Source: Candidatus Enterocola sp. (GTDB lineage: Bacteria; Bacteroidota; Bacteroidia; Bacteroidales; Paludibacteraceae). Taken from it: DNA of 64,000 nucleotides. The notes beneath the pieces were generated by a model. That model saw only the letters and a program-made list of their open reading frames with translations, was not told the DNA's origin and did no database searches. Shown here piece by piece: positions 1 through 8,161 of this stretch. Position numbers and translations under genes: made by a program. The DNA lies in the NCBI GenBank assembly GCA_045643245.1, contig JAZUKL010000066.1, forward strand, positions 5,815 through 69,814. The letters run 5' to 3'. Position 1 is the stretch's first letter. Every line of letters starts with the position of its first letter.

Positions 1-2
1 CC

Positions 3-326
3 GCGGCTGAGGCTGGCAACGAGCGTGCCGCACTTGCCATAGATATGTATATGTATCGCTGGATTAAGTACATTGGTGCATTTACCGCTGCTCTTGGAGG
101 TGTTGATGTAATAGTTCTTACAGGTGGTGTAGGAGAGAATCAGGCTCCACTTAGAAAAATCTTATGTGATAATCTTGGATTCCTTGGTATAAAACTTGAT
201 GAGGAGGCAAACAAGTGCCGTGGCATTGAGCGTGTGATATCAACGCCTGACTCTAAGGTTAAGGTAGTTATAATTCCTACAGATGAGGAACTTATGATTG
301 CACAAGATACTATAAATCTAATTTAG
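3..326 (+). CDS. ackA: acetate kinase, C-terminal fragment (5' end outside window)
   Basis: The frame is open from the window edge. Translation ...ERAALAIDMYMYRWIKYIGAFTAALGGVDVIVLTGGVGENQAPLRK...VIIPTDEELMIAQDT matches the conserved AckA C-terminus. Confidence 0.85.
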   Translation, partial: AAEAGNERAALAIDMYMYRWIKYIGAFTAALGGVDVIVLTGGVGENQAPLRKILCDNLGFLGIKLDEEANKCRGIERVISTPDSKVKVVIIPTDEELMIAQDTINLI

Positions 327-450
327 TGGATAGTGGACAATGGACAGTGGACAATGACCTCAATCCGTCATCTCGAACGAAGCGAGAGATCTTTCACTGT
401 CAACTATCAACTGTCAACTATCAACTGTCAACTATCAACTGTCCACTATC
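326..450. repeat. word-like repeat block in the ackA / PAP2-gene spacer
   Basis: GTGGACA-type words lie at 326-358. The 14-mer caactatcaactgt is repeated in tandem about 3.5 times at 396-446. An 11-bp perfect inverted repeat GATAGTGGACA (329-339) / TGTCCACTATC (440-450) encloses a small hairpin TCTCG-n7-CGAGA (371-387). Confidence 0.6.
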
Positions 451-452
451 TT

Positions 453-1055
453 ATGAATAATAAGATTGCAAATATTCTGACCATAGTGTTTCAGCCCTTA
501 CTTGTTCCTATGTATGGGCTGACACTGCTTTTGGCTGTACCTCAGTTCTATGGCTACAATATGTGGGCAAAGATTGGAATAATAGCGGCATGTGTTGCCA
601 TTATGGTTATGCTGCCAGTAATTTGGTATCTGGTACTTGTCAAACTTAAGGTTATAACAACGCCACAGGCTTCTGACAGGAAAGAGCGGTTATGGGCGTA
701 TGTGTTTACGCTTATTTGTTATATCTGTACTGCGTTGTTCCTTTATAATATTGATGCTTTTGTTATTGCAAAGGTTGTATATATGGCTTTTTGGGCTCTG
801 TTTGCAGTAACAATAATAAACTTCTTTTGGAAAATCTCTGCACATGCCACGGGCATCAGCGGACTGCTTGGAGCATCGGTGTACATATCTTTTGCATACG
901 GAGTGTATAATCCGCCACTACTTGTTACTCTTATATTCTGTTGTGGATTTGTATGTTCTGCAAGGCTTCAACTTAAAGCCCACACACCAATGCAGTTAAT
1001 TGCAGGAACATTGTTGGGATTCACATTTATGTTTGTACTCCCAATTTTAATTTAG
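453..1055 (+). CDS. PAP2-like phosphatase family membrane protein
   Basis: The protein is a polytopic hydrophobic ORF. SAHATG and SARLQLKAHTPMQLIAG resemble PAP2 motifs 2 and 3. I place the start at ATG 453 (MNNKIANIL) because the upstream part of the tracked ORF translates the repeat block. Confidence 0.6.
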   Translation: MNNKIANILTIVFQPLLVPMYGLTLLLAVPQFYGYNMWAKIGIIAACVAIMVMLPVIWYLVLVKLKVITTPQASDRKERLWAYVFTLICYICTALFLYNIDAFVIAKVVYMAFWALFAVTIINFFWKISAHATGISGLLGASVYISFAYGVYNPPLLVTLIFCCGFVCSARLQLKAHTPMQLIAGTLLGFTFMFVLPILI

Positions 1056-1062
1056 TTGAAGA

Positions 1063-1110
1063 CCTTCACTAACTCTTCACTCTTCACTCTTCACTATTCA
1101 CTATTCATTC
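1063..1110. repeat. degenerate heptamer tandem repeat (cttcact / attcact)
   Basis: The sequence ccttcactaactcttcactcttcactcttcactattcactattcattc lies directly after the stop codon and abuts the 3' end of tRNA-Arg. Confidence 0.6.
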
Positions 1111-1117
1111 TATCAAG

Positions 1118-1189
1118 TACCCTCACCGGGAATCGAACCCGAATCTAAGGTTTAGGAAACCCGTATTCTATCCATTGAACTATGAGGGC
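1118..1189 (-). tRNA. tRNA-Arg (anticodon CCU)
   Basis: The reverse complement GCCCTCATAGTTCAATGGATAGAATACGGGTTTCCTAAACCTTAGATTCGGGTTCGATTCCCGGTGAGGGTA folds as a cloverleaf. The T-loop is GGTTCGATTCC and the anticodon loop is TTCCTAA. CCA is not encoded. Confidence 0.8.
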
Positions 1190-1195
1190 AAATAT

Positions 1196-2551
1196 TTATT
1201 TAATGGCATCACGAGCGTCTTCTATTGAATGAAACTCAAGACATGACGCGTATTTGTATATTCTTTCAATAGGTGTATCCCATCCGTACCATTTTCCTGT
1301 GTTTGACAGAACCTCATTACTGATACTTGCACAAAATTGTCCGTTCACTGCCTTCACTCTATTCATGTAAGGTATAACAGCAGATTCAATTTCACTATGA
1401 TGAATTCCCATACCTTTCAAACTTGTGGCGGAAATTATGAGAGAATGAACCATAAGTCTGGTTTTGCATTCATGCTTTAGGTCATAAAATCTGAAAGGCG
1501 TGCAAGTGCCTGCCCTGAATCCAATCATATTAGGGTAGGACATTGAGTAGTCATCTGTTATACCAATCTTCATAAGAGACTCGTAACTCTTTGGAATTGA
1601 AAATCTGCACAGATGAAACATGTTCATTCGCACTCTTTGCATTACAATTTTCTTCTCCAATGTCTTTAATTCCTTTCTCAATTTCTTTGTATCAGAATTT
1701 GACTGTAAAGAGGGGTGAAGTCCTGTATTGTAATTTCTTCTGAGAGCCTTTCTTAAGGCATGGAAATTTGAATAGAGGTTGTGGCACTCATTATAACCTT
1801 TCTTTATCAGCACATAAAAAGACGGAGTCAGATTGGTGTGTTTGTGAAGTTGGATTATTTTGTCAAAATTTGCGTATGGGTCAGCCTCAAGGAATAGTCT
1901 TACTCTAAGTTGATGCTTGAAACTCTTAAAATCTCCCGTCATCAATTTCTTGAATAGTTTCCATATTGAAATTGCAACGGAGTTATATCTATATTTATAG
2001 TAGTTGTCAATAACAACCGATGAGTGCATCATAAAGTTCTTCTTTTTTTCTGGAACGTATGAACACTTTTTAACCAACAGGTCTTCAAGCATATATGCCC
2101 ACTCATCTACAATAGGGCGGTCAAGAAATCCGTTTTTGAATGCTAAACTATCTTCTGCTCTAAAACATCCGTACTCATTTTTTGCACCGTAATACTCTTC
2201 GTATCGGCTTAGCAGGAAGAATGATGCTGAAAAAATATCAAACGGTAAATCATATTTGGTATCGGTTGTCTGATAAAATATTTTTGTACCGTTCCAATCT
2301 GAAACTTTTATGTCCTGTGCTCTTACATCGTCTTGAAAAACCAATCCTTCAGGGCAGATATTCAGTGCGTTAGACAAAGTTTCAACTCTTGAATAGCAAA
2401 TAATAGGTCCGTCACCTTGTTCCTTCTTTGCTTCCTCCACCTCTTCCATTTTGTGAACAATAGTTACGCTTGTACGCAAAATACGCTTGAATATATGCTC
2501 TGCAATATACTTGAACCTGGGAGTGTATTTTTCTGTAATAATGTAAACCAT
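1196..2551 (-). CDS. conserved hypothetical protein (possibly polysaccharide-deacetylase-like; product uncertain)
   Basis: This is a long uninterrupted 451-aa ORF packed tightly against radC. I recognised no catalytic motif with certainty. Confidence 0.7.
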   Translation of the reverse strand: MVYIITEKYTPRFKYIAEHIFKRILRTSVTIVHKMEEVEEAKKEQGDGPIICYSRVETLSNALNICPEGLVFQDDVRAQDIKVSDWNGTKIFYQTTDTKYDLPFDIFSASFFLLSRYEEYYGAKNEYGCFRAEDSLAFKNGFLDRPIVDEWAYMLEDLLVKKCSYVPEKKKNFMMHSSVVIDNYYKYRYNSVAISIWKLFKKLMTGDFKSFKHQLRVRLFLEADPYANFDKIIQLHKHTNLTPSFYVLIKKGYNECHNLYSNFHALRKALRRNYNTGLHPSLQSNSDTKKLRKELKTLEKKIVMQRVRMNMFHLCRFSIPKSYESLMKIGITDDYSMSYPNMIGFRAGTCTPFRFYDLKHECKTRLMVHSLIISATSLKGMGIHHSEIESAVIPYMNRVKAVNGQFCASISNEVLSNTGKWYGWDTPIERIYKYASCLEFHSIEDARDAIK

Positions 2552-2553
2552 TT

Positions 2554-3249
2554 CTAAATTTTGTGAGAATCGGCAAAACTGTAATAGCCTTTTCCGCTCA
2601 CTATTATATGATCAATAATTCTAATTTCCAATGCTTGTGCCGTTGCCGCAAGCCTTTCAGTAAGTTCAATGTCAGAATCGCTGGGCGAAGTGCTTCCACC
2701 TGGGTGATTATGACAAAGTACAATGCCTGTGGCAAGGTGTTGCAACGCAACCTTAAACACAATTTTAGGGTCAACCAATATTCTATTAACTCCTCCCGAT
2801 GCCAACCTTATTTTGTCAATAACCTTATTTGACTGATTGAGAAGCATAATCCAAAACTCCTCATGTGTCAAATCAGACAGCATTGGCATAAAAATTTCCG
2901 CTGCCTGACGGCTTGACAGAATATGGACATCAGTGTCACTGTTTTCCATTTGCCGTCTCCGGCTTATTTCAAATGCGGCAAGCAATGTTACTGCTTTTGC
3001 CGTTCCTACTCCGTTAATCCTGCAGAGGTCTTTGCAGTCAATTCTGCCAAGTTCTGCAAGGCTGTTTCCGGCTTTTTTCAAAATCTCCCTGCCAAGTTCA
3101 ACCGCTGACATACTTCTGGTTCCTGAACCTAAAAGAATTGCAACAAGTTCCGCATCGGACAAGTAAGATACGCCATGTTTCAGGCATTTTTCTCTTGGGC
3201 GGTCGTCTTCTTTCCAACCTTTGATGCCCTTAATCTCATTTTCAGTCAT
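2554..3249 (-). CDS. radC: RadC-family JAB/MPN domain protein
   Basis: It carries the JAMM motif HNHPGGSTSPSDSD and an HhH-like INGVGTAKA segment. The start is set at MTENEIKG; the 16-aa upstream extension is hydrophobic read-through. Confidence 0.85.
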   Translation of the reverse strand: MTENEIKGIKGWKEDDRPREKCLKHGVSYLSDAELVAILLGSGTRSMSAVELGREILKKAGNSLAELGRIDCKDLCRINGVGTAKAVTLLAAFEISRRRQMENSDTDVHILSSRQAAEIFMPMLSDLTHEEFWIMLLNQSNKVIDKIRLASGGVNRILVDPKIVFKVALQHLATGIVLCHNHPGGSTSPSDSDIELTERLAATAQALEIRIIDHIIVSGKGYYSFADSHKI

Positions 3250-3362
3250 AATGAAAAAAGGTAAGTAAAGTAAAAAGACGGCACTTTGCAACTGCAAAAT
3301 TAATAAATTTAGTCAATAAGACAAGCATCGGAGAAGAGATTTTGAAAATTATTATAAAAAAA

Positions 3363-3394
3363 TTTGTATGGTTGGAAAATAAATACTACTTTTG
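3363..3394 (+). promoter_or_regulatory. Bacteroidetes sigma-A type promoter for tRNA-Glu
   Basis: A -33 TTTG (3363-3366) and a -7 TACTTTTG (3387-3394, TAnnTTTG) are 20 nt apart, about 22 nt upstream of the tRNA. Confidence 0.6.
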
Positions 3395-3415
3395 CACTCG
3401 CTAAAAAAAGTGCTT

Positions 3416-3487
3416 GGCCCATTCGTCTATCGGTTAGGACGTAAGATTTTCATTCTTGAAAGAGCAGTTCGATTCTGCTATGGGCTA
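3416..3487 (+). tRNA. tRNA-Glu (anticodon UUC)
   Basis: GGCCCATTCGTCTATCGGTTAGGACGTAAGATTTTCATTCTTGAAAGAGCAGTTCGATTCTGCTATGGGCTA folds as a cloverleaf with anticodon loop TTTTCAT. Confidence 0.85.
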
Positions 3488-3510
3488 CGATAAACAAAAA
3501 ACTAATAGAA

Positions 3511-3765
3511 ATGGCGAATCACAAATCGTCTGAGAAGAGAATCAGACAAACAGAAACAAAAAGACTGCATAATCGTTACTATGCAAAAACAATGCGTAAC
3601 GCAGTAAGAGACCTTCGTGCAACAAAAGACAAAGCAGCAGCAGAAGCAATGCTTCCAAAAGTATCTGCAATGCTTGACAAACTTGCTAAGATTAATGTAA
3701 TCCACAGCAACAAGGCAAGCAACCTTAATTCTAAACTTGCTCTTTATATCAACAAGTTGAAATAA
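3511..3765 (+). CDS. rpsT: 30S ribosomal protein S20
   Basis: [33 protein letters not shown]... is a typical S20 N-terminus, and the protein is 84 aa. Confidence 0.95.
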   Translation: MANHKSSEKRIRQTETKRLHNRYYAKTMRNAVRDLRATKDKAAAEAMLPKVSAMLDKLAKINVIHSNKASNLNSKLALYINKLK

Positions 3766-3787
3766 GGTCTTACAGTCAAAAAACAGT

Positions 3788-3817
3788 CCGCTCCATCTCA
3801 GATGGGGCGGATTTTTT
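3788..3817. terminator. bidirectional intrinsic terminator (rpsT / aroB)
   Basis: A 10-bp stem CCGCTCCATC-tca-GATGGGGCGG is followed by ATTTTTTAT on the plus strand and by a T-run (ctgttttttg) on the minus strand. Confidence 0.8.
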
Positions 3818-4877
3818 ATAATCCTACTGTATCTCTGTAAAAGTCAAGTGATTGGAATATAGTTTCCTGGTCTGCGGTGCAGTTTAGGACAGGGGAGCCT
3901 ACACCACTAAGCAGAGTGAAATTAACCTCTGTGGCAGAGATGTTCTTCTTATCATGGAGCATAAGGTTGAAAAGCGTAGGGTAGTCATCGCACCCTATAT
4001 TGTACGCTCCGTAATATTCCTTTATGTATCGTGATACGCTTACAAGTGTATCTTTTGGAAAGTTGTACATCTTGTAAGAGAGGTATATTTCTGCTATCAG
4101 TCCGTAGGCAACGGCATAGCCATGAGGGAGTGCGTTCCCTTTTTTCAGTGAGAAACTTTCAAGGGCGTGTCCTATGGTGTGTCCAAGGTTAAGTGTCTTG
4201 CGTACCCCTTTTTCTGTGGGGTCTTGCTCCACTATTTTAGACTTTATATCTATAGATTCCTTAATAATGTCTTGTAAACCCTTAATATCAGGGTTTGATA
4301 AGTCAAAATTTAGAATTATATTCAGATAGTTGCTGTTGCTTATAAGTCCGTGCTTTATTACCTCTGCGTAGCCGGATAACAATTCTGTTATAGGCAGTGT
4401 TTTTAAAAATTCAGCACTTATAATTACGTCTGAGGGTTGGTTTATAACTCCAATCTCATTTTTAAGTCCGTTAAAGTTAAAGCCTGTCTTGCCTCCTATG
4501 GCGGCATCAACCATGCTTAGAAGGGTTGTAGGTATGTTTATGAAACGTATGCCGCGCTTGAATGTGGAGGCGGCAAAACCTCCCATGTCTGTAATTACAC
4601 CGCCGCCCAGATTCAGCATTACAGAGTGTCTGGTGCCTCCGTTGTTACAAAGAAAAGTCCATATTTGTTCTATGGTCTGCAGGTTCTTTGCAGAGTCTCC
4701 GTTAGGAACCTCTATTATTTTTGCATCGTCTGTCAGTGTGCCAAGTATAGGCAGACAATGTTTTGCTGAATTGTGGTCTGTAAGTATAAACAATTGTTCC
4801 GGCGAAACGCCTTTTAGTAAAGCGTTTACATCGGAACAAAGGTTCTGAGAGAAGTGTATATTACTTTTTAATGTCAC
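3816..4877 (-). CDS. aroB: 3-dehydroquinate synthase
   Basis: [44 protein letters not shown] and [12 protein letters not shown] match AroB signatures. Confidence 0.9.
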   Translation of the reverse strand: MTLKSNIHFSQNLCSDVNALLKGVSPEQLFILTDHNSAKHCLPILGTLTDDAKIIEVPNGDSAKNLQTIEQIWTFLCNNGGTRHSVMLNLGGGVITDMGGFAASTFKRGIRFINIPTTLLSMVDAAIGGKTGFNFNGLKNEIGVINQPSDVIISAEFLKTLPITELLSGYAEVIKHGLISNSNYLNIILNFDLSNPDIKGLQDIIKESIDIKSKIVEQDPTEKGVRKTLNLGHTIGHALESFSLKKGNALPHGYAVAYGLIAEIYLSYKMYNFPKDTLVSVSRYIKEYYGAYNIGCDDYPTLFNLMLHDKKNISATEVNFTLLSGVGSPVLNCTADQETIFQSLDFYRDTVGL

Positions 4878-5874
4878 CTTCCTTAATTAAATATTCTGCA
4901 ATTTGTACAGCGTTAAGTGCGGCACCCTTCTTGATTTGGTCTCCTACGCACCAGAAAGTCATGCCGTTCTCGTTTGCCAAATCCTTGCGGACACGACCTA
5001 CATAAACAGGGTCAAGCCCGGACTTGAAAAGTGGCATCGGGTAAACTTTTTCAGCAGGATTGTCTTCAAGTACAAGCCCCTCTGCTTTAGCAAAGGCATC
5101 TTGAACCTCCTGTACGCTAAGTGGTCTTTCTGTCTCAACCCAAATTGCTTCAGAGTGAGCCCTAAGTGATGGTACACGAATGCAGGTAGCACTGACAGCA
5201 ATATCGGAGTGCATAATCTTGCGGGTCTCATTGTACATCTTCATTTCCTCTTTAGTGTATCCGTTATCAGTGAAAACATCTATTTGAGGAATAAGGTTGA
5301 ATGCAAGTTGGTATGCGAATTTATTTACTGTTACAGGCTCATTATTAAGTACCTGACGATACTGAAGTTCAAGTTCAGCCATAGCGGCTGCTCCAGCGCC
5401 CGATGCTGCCTGATAAGTTGATACGTGAACTCTCTTAATATGTGAAAGTTGCTCAATAGCCTTCAGTGCCACAACCATAATAATGGTGGTGCAGTTAGGG
5501 TTTGCAATTACACCGCGAGGACGTATTTTGGCATCGGGGGCATTCATTTCAGGAACCACAAGGGGAACCTCAGGGTCCATACGGAATGCACTTGAATTGT
5601 CAATCATAACCGCCCCAAACTTTGTAATATCCTTTTCAAACTCTTTTGAAATGCCTGCTCCAGCCGATGTAAACGCTATATCTATGCCTTTGAAATCATC
5701 GCCGTGCTTCAACTCCTTTACTGTATATTTCTTTCCCTTGAACTCATATTCAGTTCCTGCACTGCGTGAAGAACCAAAAAGGAACAACTCTGTGATGGGG
5801 AAATTTCTCTCCGCCAACACTCTTAAAAACTCTTGACCTACGGCACCGCTGGCACCAACAATTGCTACATTCAT
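4861..5874 (-). CDS. asd: aspartate-semialdehyde dehydrogenase
   Basis: It has [16 protein letters not shown] (NAD-binding) and IANPNCTTI (active-site Cys). It overlaps aroB by 17 nt. Confidence 0.92.
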   Translation of the reverse strand: MNVAIVGASGAVGQEFLRVLAERNFPITELFLFGSSRSAGTEYEFKGKKYTVKELKHGDDFKGIDIAFTSAGAGISKEFEKDITKFGAVMIDNSSAFRMDPEVPLVVPEMNAPDAKIRPRGVIANPNCTTIIMVVALKAIEQLSHIKRVHVSTYQAASGAGAAAMAELELQYRQVLNNEPVTVNKFAYQLAFNLIPQIDVFTDNGYTKEEMKMYNETRKIMHSDIAVSATCIRVPSLRAHSEAIWVETERPLSVQEVQDAFAKAEGLVLEDNPAEKVYPMPLFKSGLDPVYVGRVRKDLANENGMTFWCVGDQIKKGAALNAVQIAEYLIKEGDIKK

Positions 5875-5897
5875 AATGTGTTTTCAAATTTGGGGTA

Positions 5898-6083
5898 CAA
5901 AGTTACACAAACGAGAGCAAAAATCAAAAAATGCGAGCATTTTTTGAAAAAAAAGATATAAGGTGGGAGTTGGGAGCTTGCTCACAAAATTCCACCTTAT
6001 GTCTTTTTCAAAAACGGAACGTTTTTGTTTTTGCCGAGTGCAGGTTAACTTCACGAGTGGCGAAGCCACGAGTAAAGTTATAC
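5898..6083 (-). repeat. promoter-bearing dispersed repeat, copy 1 (long form, drives asd)
   Basis: It shares more than 60 nt of near-identity with 15035-15340 and 16886-16948. The rc of CAAAGTTA (5898-5905) is the -7 box TAACTTTG, 24 nt upstream of the asd ATG. It contains the palindrome AAAAAATGCGAGCATTTTTT, an inserted hairpin ATAAGGTGG (5958-5966) / CCACCTTAT (5992-6000), and a GTGGC-gaa-GCCAC hairpin. Confidence 0.75.
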
Positions 6084-6140
6084 GAGAAAACAAGCAACAT
6101 ATTTATATACAGAAGCGTCCTACATGTTATAAACATAAAG

Positions 6141-6200
6141 AAATGTCCTAAAAGTGCAAAAATTACACTAAAAGTGCAAAAAATGTCTTAAAAGTGCAAC
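6141..6200 (+). promoter_or_regulatory. three tandem 20-mers (core TAAAAGTGCAA) upstream of the RM promoter
   Basis: The units are aaatgtccTAAAAGTGCAAa / aattacacTAAAAGTGCAAa / aaatgtctTAAAAGTGCAAc. A partial inverted copy TGCACTT lies just after the -7 box. Confidence 0.5.
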
Positions 6201-6208
6201 AGTTTTTG

Positions 6209-6216
6209 TATATTTG
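6209..6216 (+). promoter_or_regulatory. -7 box TATATTTG for the RM operon
   Basis: It matches TAnnTTTG and lies 26 nt upstream of ATG 6242, inside the GTG-extended version of the ORF. Confidence 0.55.
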
Positions 6217-6241
6217 TCGTGCACTTAATAAATATGAAACT

Positions 6242-8161
6242 ATGGCAAATGAACGACAAACGGATCTATTGGTAGCCTCACTGTTAAATAGTGCTGGTAT
6301 AGATGCAACGCCCAATGGCAGTAATATATTAGAAATTCAAGCTGCACTAAAAACAGCTTCTAAAAGAGGAACTGGTCATAAAGGTTTCCCTGAGTATGTT
6401 GCACAAGTTGGCGATTTCATAATGGTAATTGAAGATAAAGCAGACAGATCAAAACAAGCCAAATATCTTGATGCCAATAATCAAAATTTATTGATGGATG
6501 ATACATCTATTTCAAATTATGCTGAAAACGGTGCGTTACACTATGCTCAAAAGATTGTAGCAAACACACACTTTAACAAAGTTTTTGCGTTTGGTTGCTC
6601 TGGTACTGAAAGTGAAAATTTGATAATTCGTCCAATTTTTGTATCCCCAACTAGCTACAAACTATTAGATAAAATAAAAGATTTTAGTAACTTTTCAGTT
6701 GATAAAATATCATCCTATTATACTACTGTAGTCTGTCAGGAGAAAACGGCAGATCAGATAGAATTGGAGAACATTTTAGCAAAAGCATCATCGTTGCATG
6801 AAGATTTACACATATATGGTTCTCTTTCCAATGAGCAAAAACCTATTGCAGTTTCCGCAATATTATTGGCTATAGAAAATCCGCATTTTTCCACAGAAGA
6901 CTTGACTGGAGATCAGAATCATACAGATGGACAAAAAGTTTATGACGCATTAGAGTCTTATATGGAACAAGTGGAGGTCGCACCTCAAGAAAAAAAGGAA
7001 CGCGTACTAGATGAATTTAGATTTATTAAAACAAGCCCTAAGTTGTCTCAATATGAAGAAAGATTGGGCAAATCCCCTATACGTTTTTTTGCAGAATACC
7101 TTTATTCCAATGTTTCAACTGCTTTTCACTTTAATACACCTGAAGACATTTTAGGTCGCTTTTATGGAGAATTCATGAGTTATAGCGGTGGCGATGGTCA
7201 GTCACTTGGAATAATATTAACTCCAAAGCACATTACTCAATTGTTTTGTGATTTAGTTAATCTAAAACCCTCAGATGTAGTTTTTGATCCTACATGTGGT
7301 ACAGGTGGTTTTCTCGTAGCAGCTATGCATAATATGTTAAATAAAGCACGAACTAACCAACAACGCAAAGATATACGAAGACAACAATTATATGGGATAG
7401 AACAAAATGTGCGTATGTACTCTATTGCAACAACAAATATGATTCTAAGAGGTGATGGCAAGAGTAATTTAGTATGTGCGGATTTCCTAAAACAAGATAC
7501 TAACGATTTAAGACAGAGACATTTCACGGTAGGACTGATGAATCCTCCGTATTCGTTGGCAATAAATGGAGAAACAAGACATTTAAGTGAATTGCACTTT
7601 ATTAAGCATTTGTTGGATTCTTTAGATGATGGCGCACGTTGTGCTGTTATTGTACCTCAATCTACGATGGTAGGGAAAACGACAAAGGACAAAGAAATAA
7701 AATACTATTTATTGGAGCATCATACATTAGAGGGTGTTGTCACTCTAAATCCTGACACTTTTTATCGTGTTGGCACTAACCCAGTTATTGCTATTTTTAC
7801 GGCACACCAACCGCAACCATCTAACTATTACTCAAAGTTTATCAATTTTAAGGACGACGGTTATGAAACCAAACCACATATAGGTTTTGTTCCAACAAAT
7901 AGAGCAAAAGAACGACGAGAGTTTCTTTTGGAATGTTGGAATAAAAACAGACCAGCACCTAATGATTTTATGGTTCGCTCTACAGTTACCGCAGAGGACG
8001 AATGGTTACATTCATTCTACTATTTTAATGAGGATATTCCCACTGATGCAGACTTTGAAAAAACAATGGCAGATTATCTTACATTTGAATTTAATATGAT
8101 TGCACACAGACGTGGATATTTATTTGAAAACACAAACGAGGAGAAGGAGGTAACACTATGA
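6242..8161 (+). CDS. Type IIB (BcgI-like) restriction-modification subunit: N-terminal PD-(D/E)XK-like nuclease fused to a gamma-class N6-adenine methyltransferase
   Basis: The protein is 639 aa from MANERQ. The N-terminus carries FPE(51)-x12-IE(64)DK(66). MTase motif I is VFDPTCGTGGFLV and motif IV is LMNPPYS. An S-subunit gene follows with an ATGA overlap, and no HsdR helicase gene is present. Confidence 0.75.
   Translation: MANERQTDLLVASLLNSAGIDATPNGSNILEIQAALKTASKRGTGHKGFPEYVAQVGDFIMVIEDKADRSKQAKYLDANNQNLLMDDTSISNYAENGALHYAQKIVANTHFNKVFAFGCSGTESENLIIRPIFVSPTSYKLLDKIKDFSNFSVDKISSYYTTVVCQEKTADQIELENILAKASSLHEDLHIYGSLSNEQKPIAVSAILLAIENPHFSTEDLTGDQNHTDGQKVYDALESYMEQVEVAPQEKKERVLDEFRFIKTSPKLSQYEERLGKSPIRFFAEYLYSNVSTAFHFNTPEDILGRFYGEFMSYSGGDGQSLGIILTPKHITQLFCDLVNLKPSDVVFDPTCGTGGFLVAAMHNMLNKARTNQQRKDIRRQQLYGIEQNVRMYSIATTNMILRGDGKSNLVCADFLKQDTNDLRQRHFTVGLMNPPYSLAINGETRHLSELHFIKHLLDSLDDGARCAVIVPQSTMVGKTTKDKEIKYYLLEHHTLEGVVTLNPDTFYRVGTNPVIAIFTAHQPQPSNYYSKFINFKDDGYETKPHIGFVPTNRAKERREFLLECWNKNRPAPNDFMVRSTVTAEDEWLHSFYYFNEDIPTDADFEKTMADYLTFEFNMIAHRRGYLFENTNEEKEVTL

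Noticed and set aside
333-452. The tracked ORFs carry N-terminal extensions at 333-452, 3250-3297, 38853-38915, 46023-46061, 48846-48914 and 63223-63348.
   Set aside because: Each extension runs through a repeat block or a TAnnTTTG promoter box, or precedes a much better start (a signal peptide or a conserved family N-terminus). The shorter starts were used.
5884-6191. ORFs 5884-6093 (-), 5931-6191 (+) and 5963-6151 (+) lie in the asd / RM spacer.
   Set aside because: They lie in repeat copy 1 and the 20-mer array. They have no promoter logic and low-complexity translations, and they are mutually overlapping.
6194-6241. A GTG-initiated N-terminal extension (MQQFLYICRALNKYET) of the RM subunit is present in the tracked ORF.
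   Set aside because: The TATATTTG -7 box (6209-6216) lies inside it. The ATG at 6242 gives a 639-aa product of BcgIA-like size.
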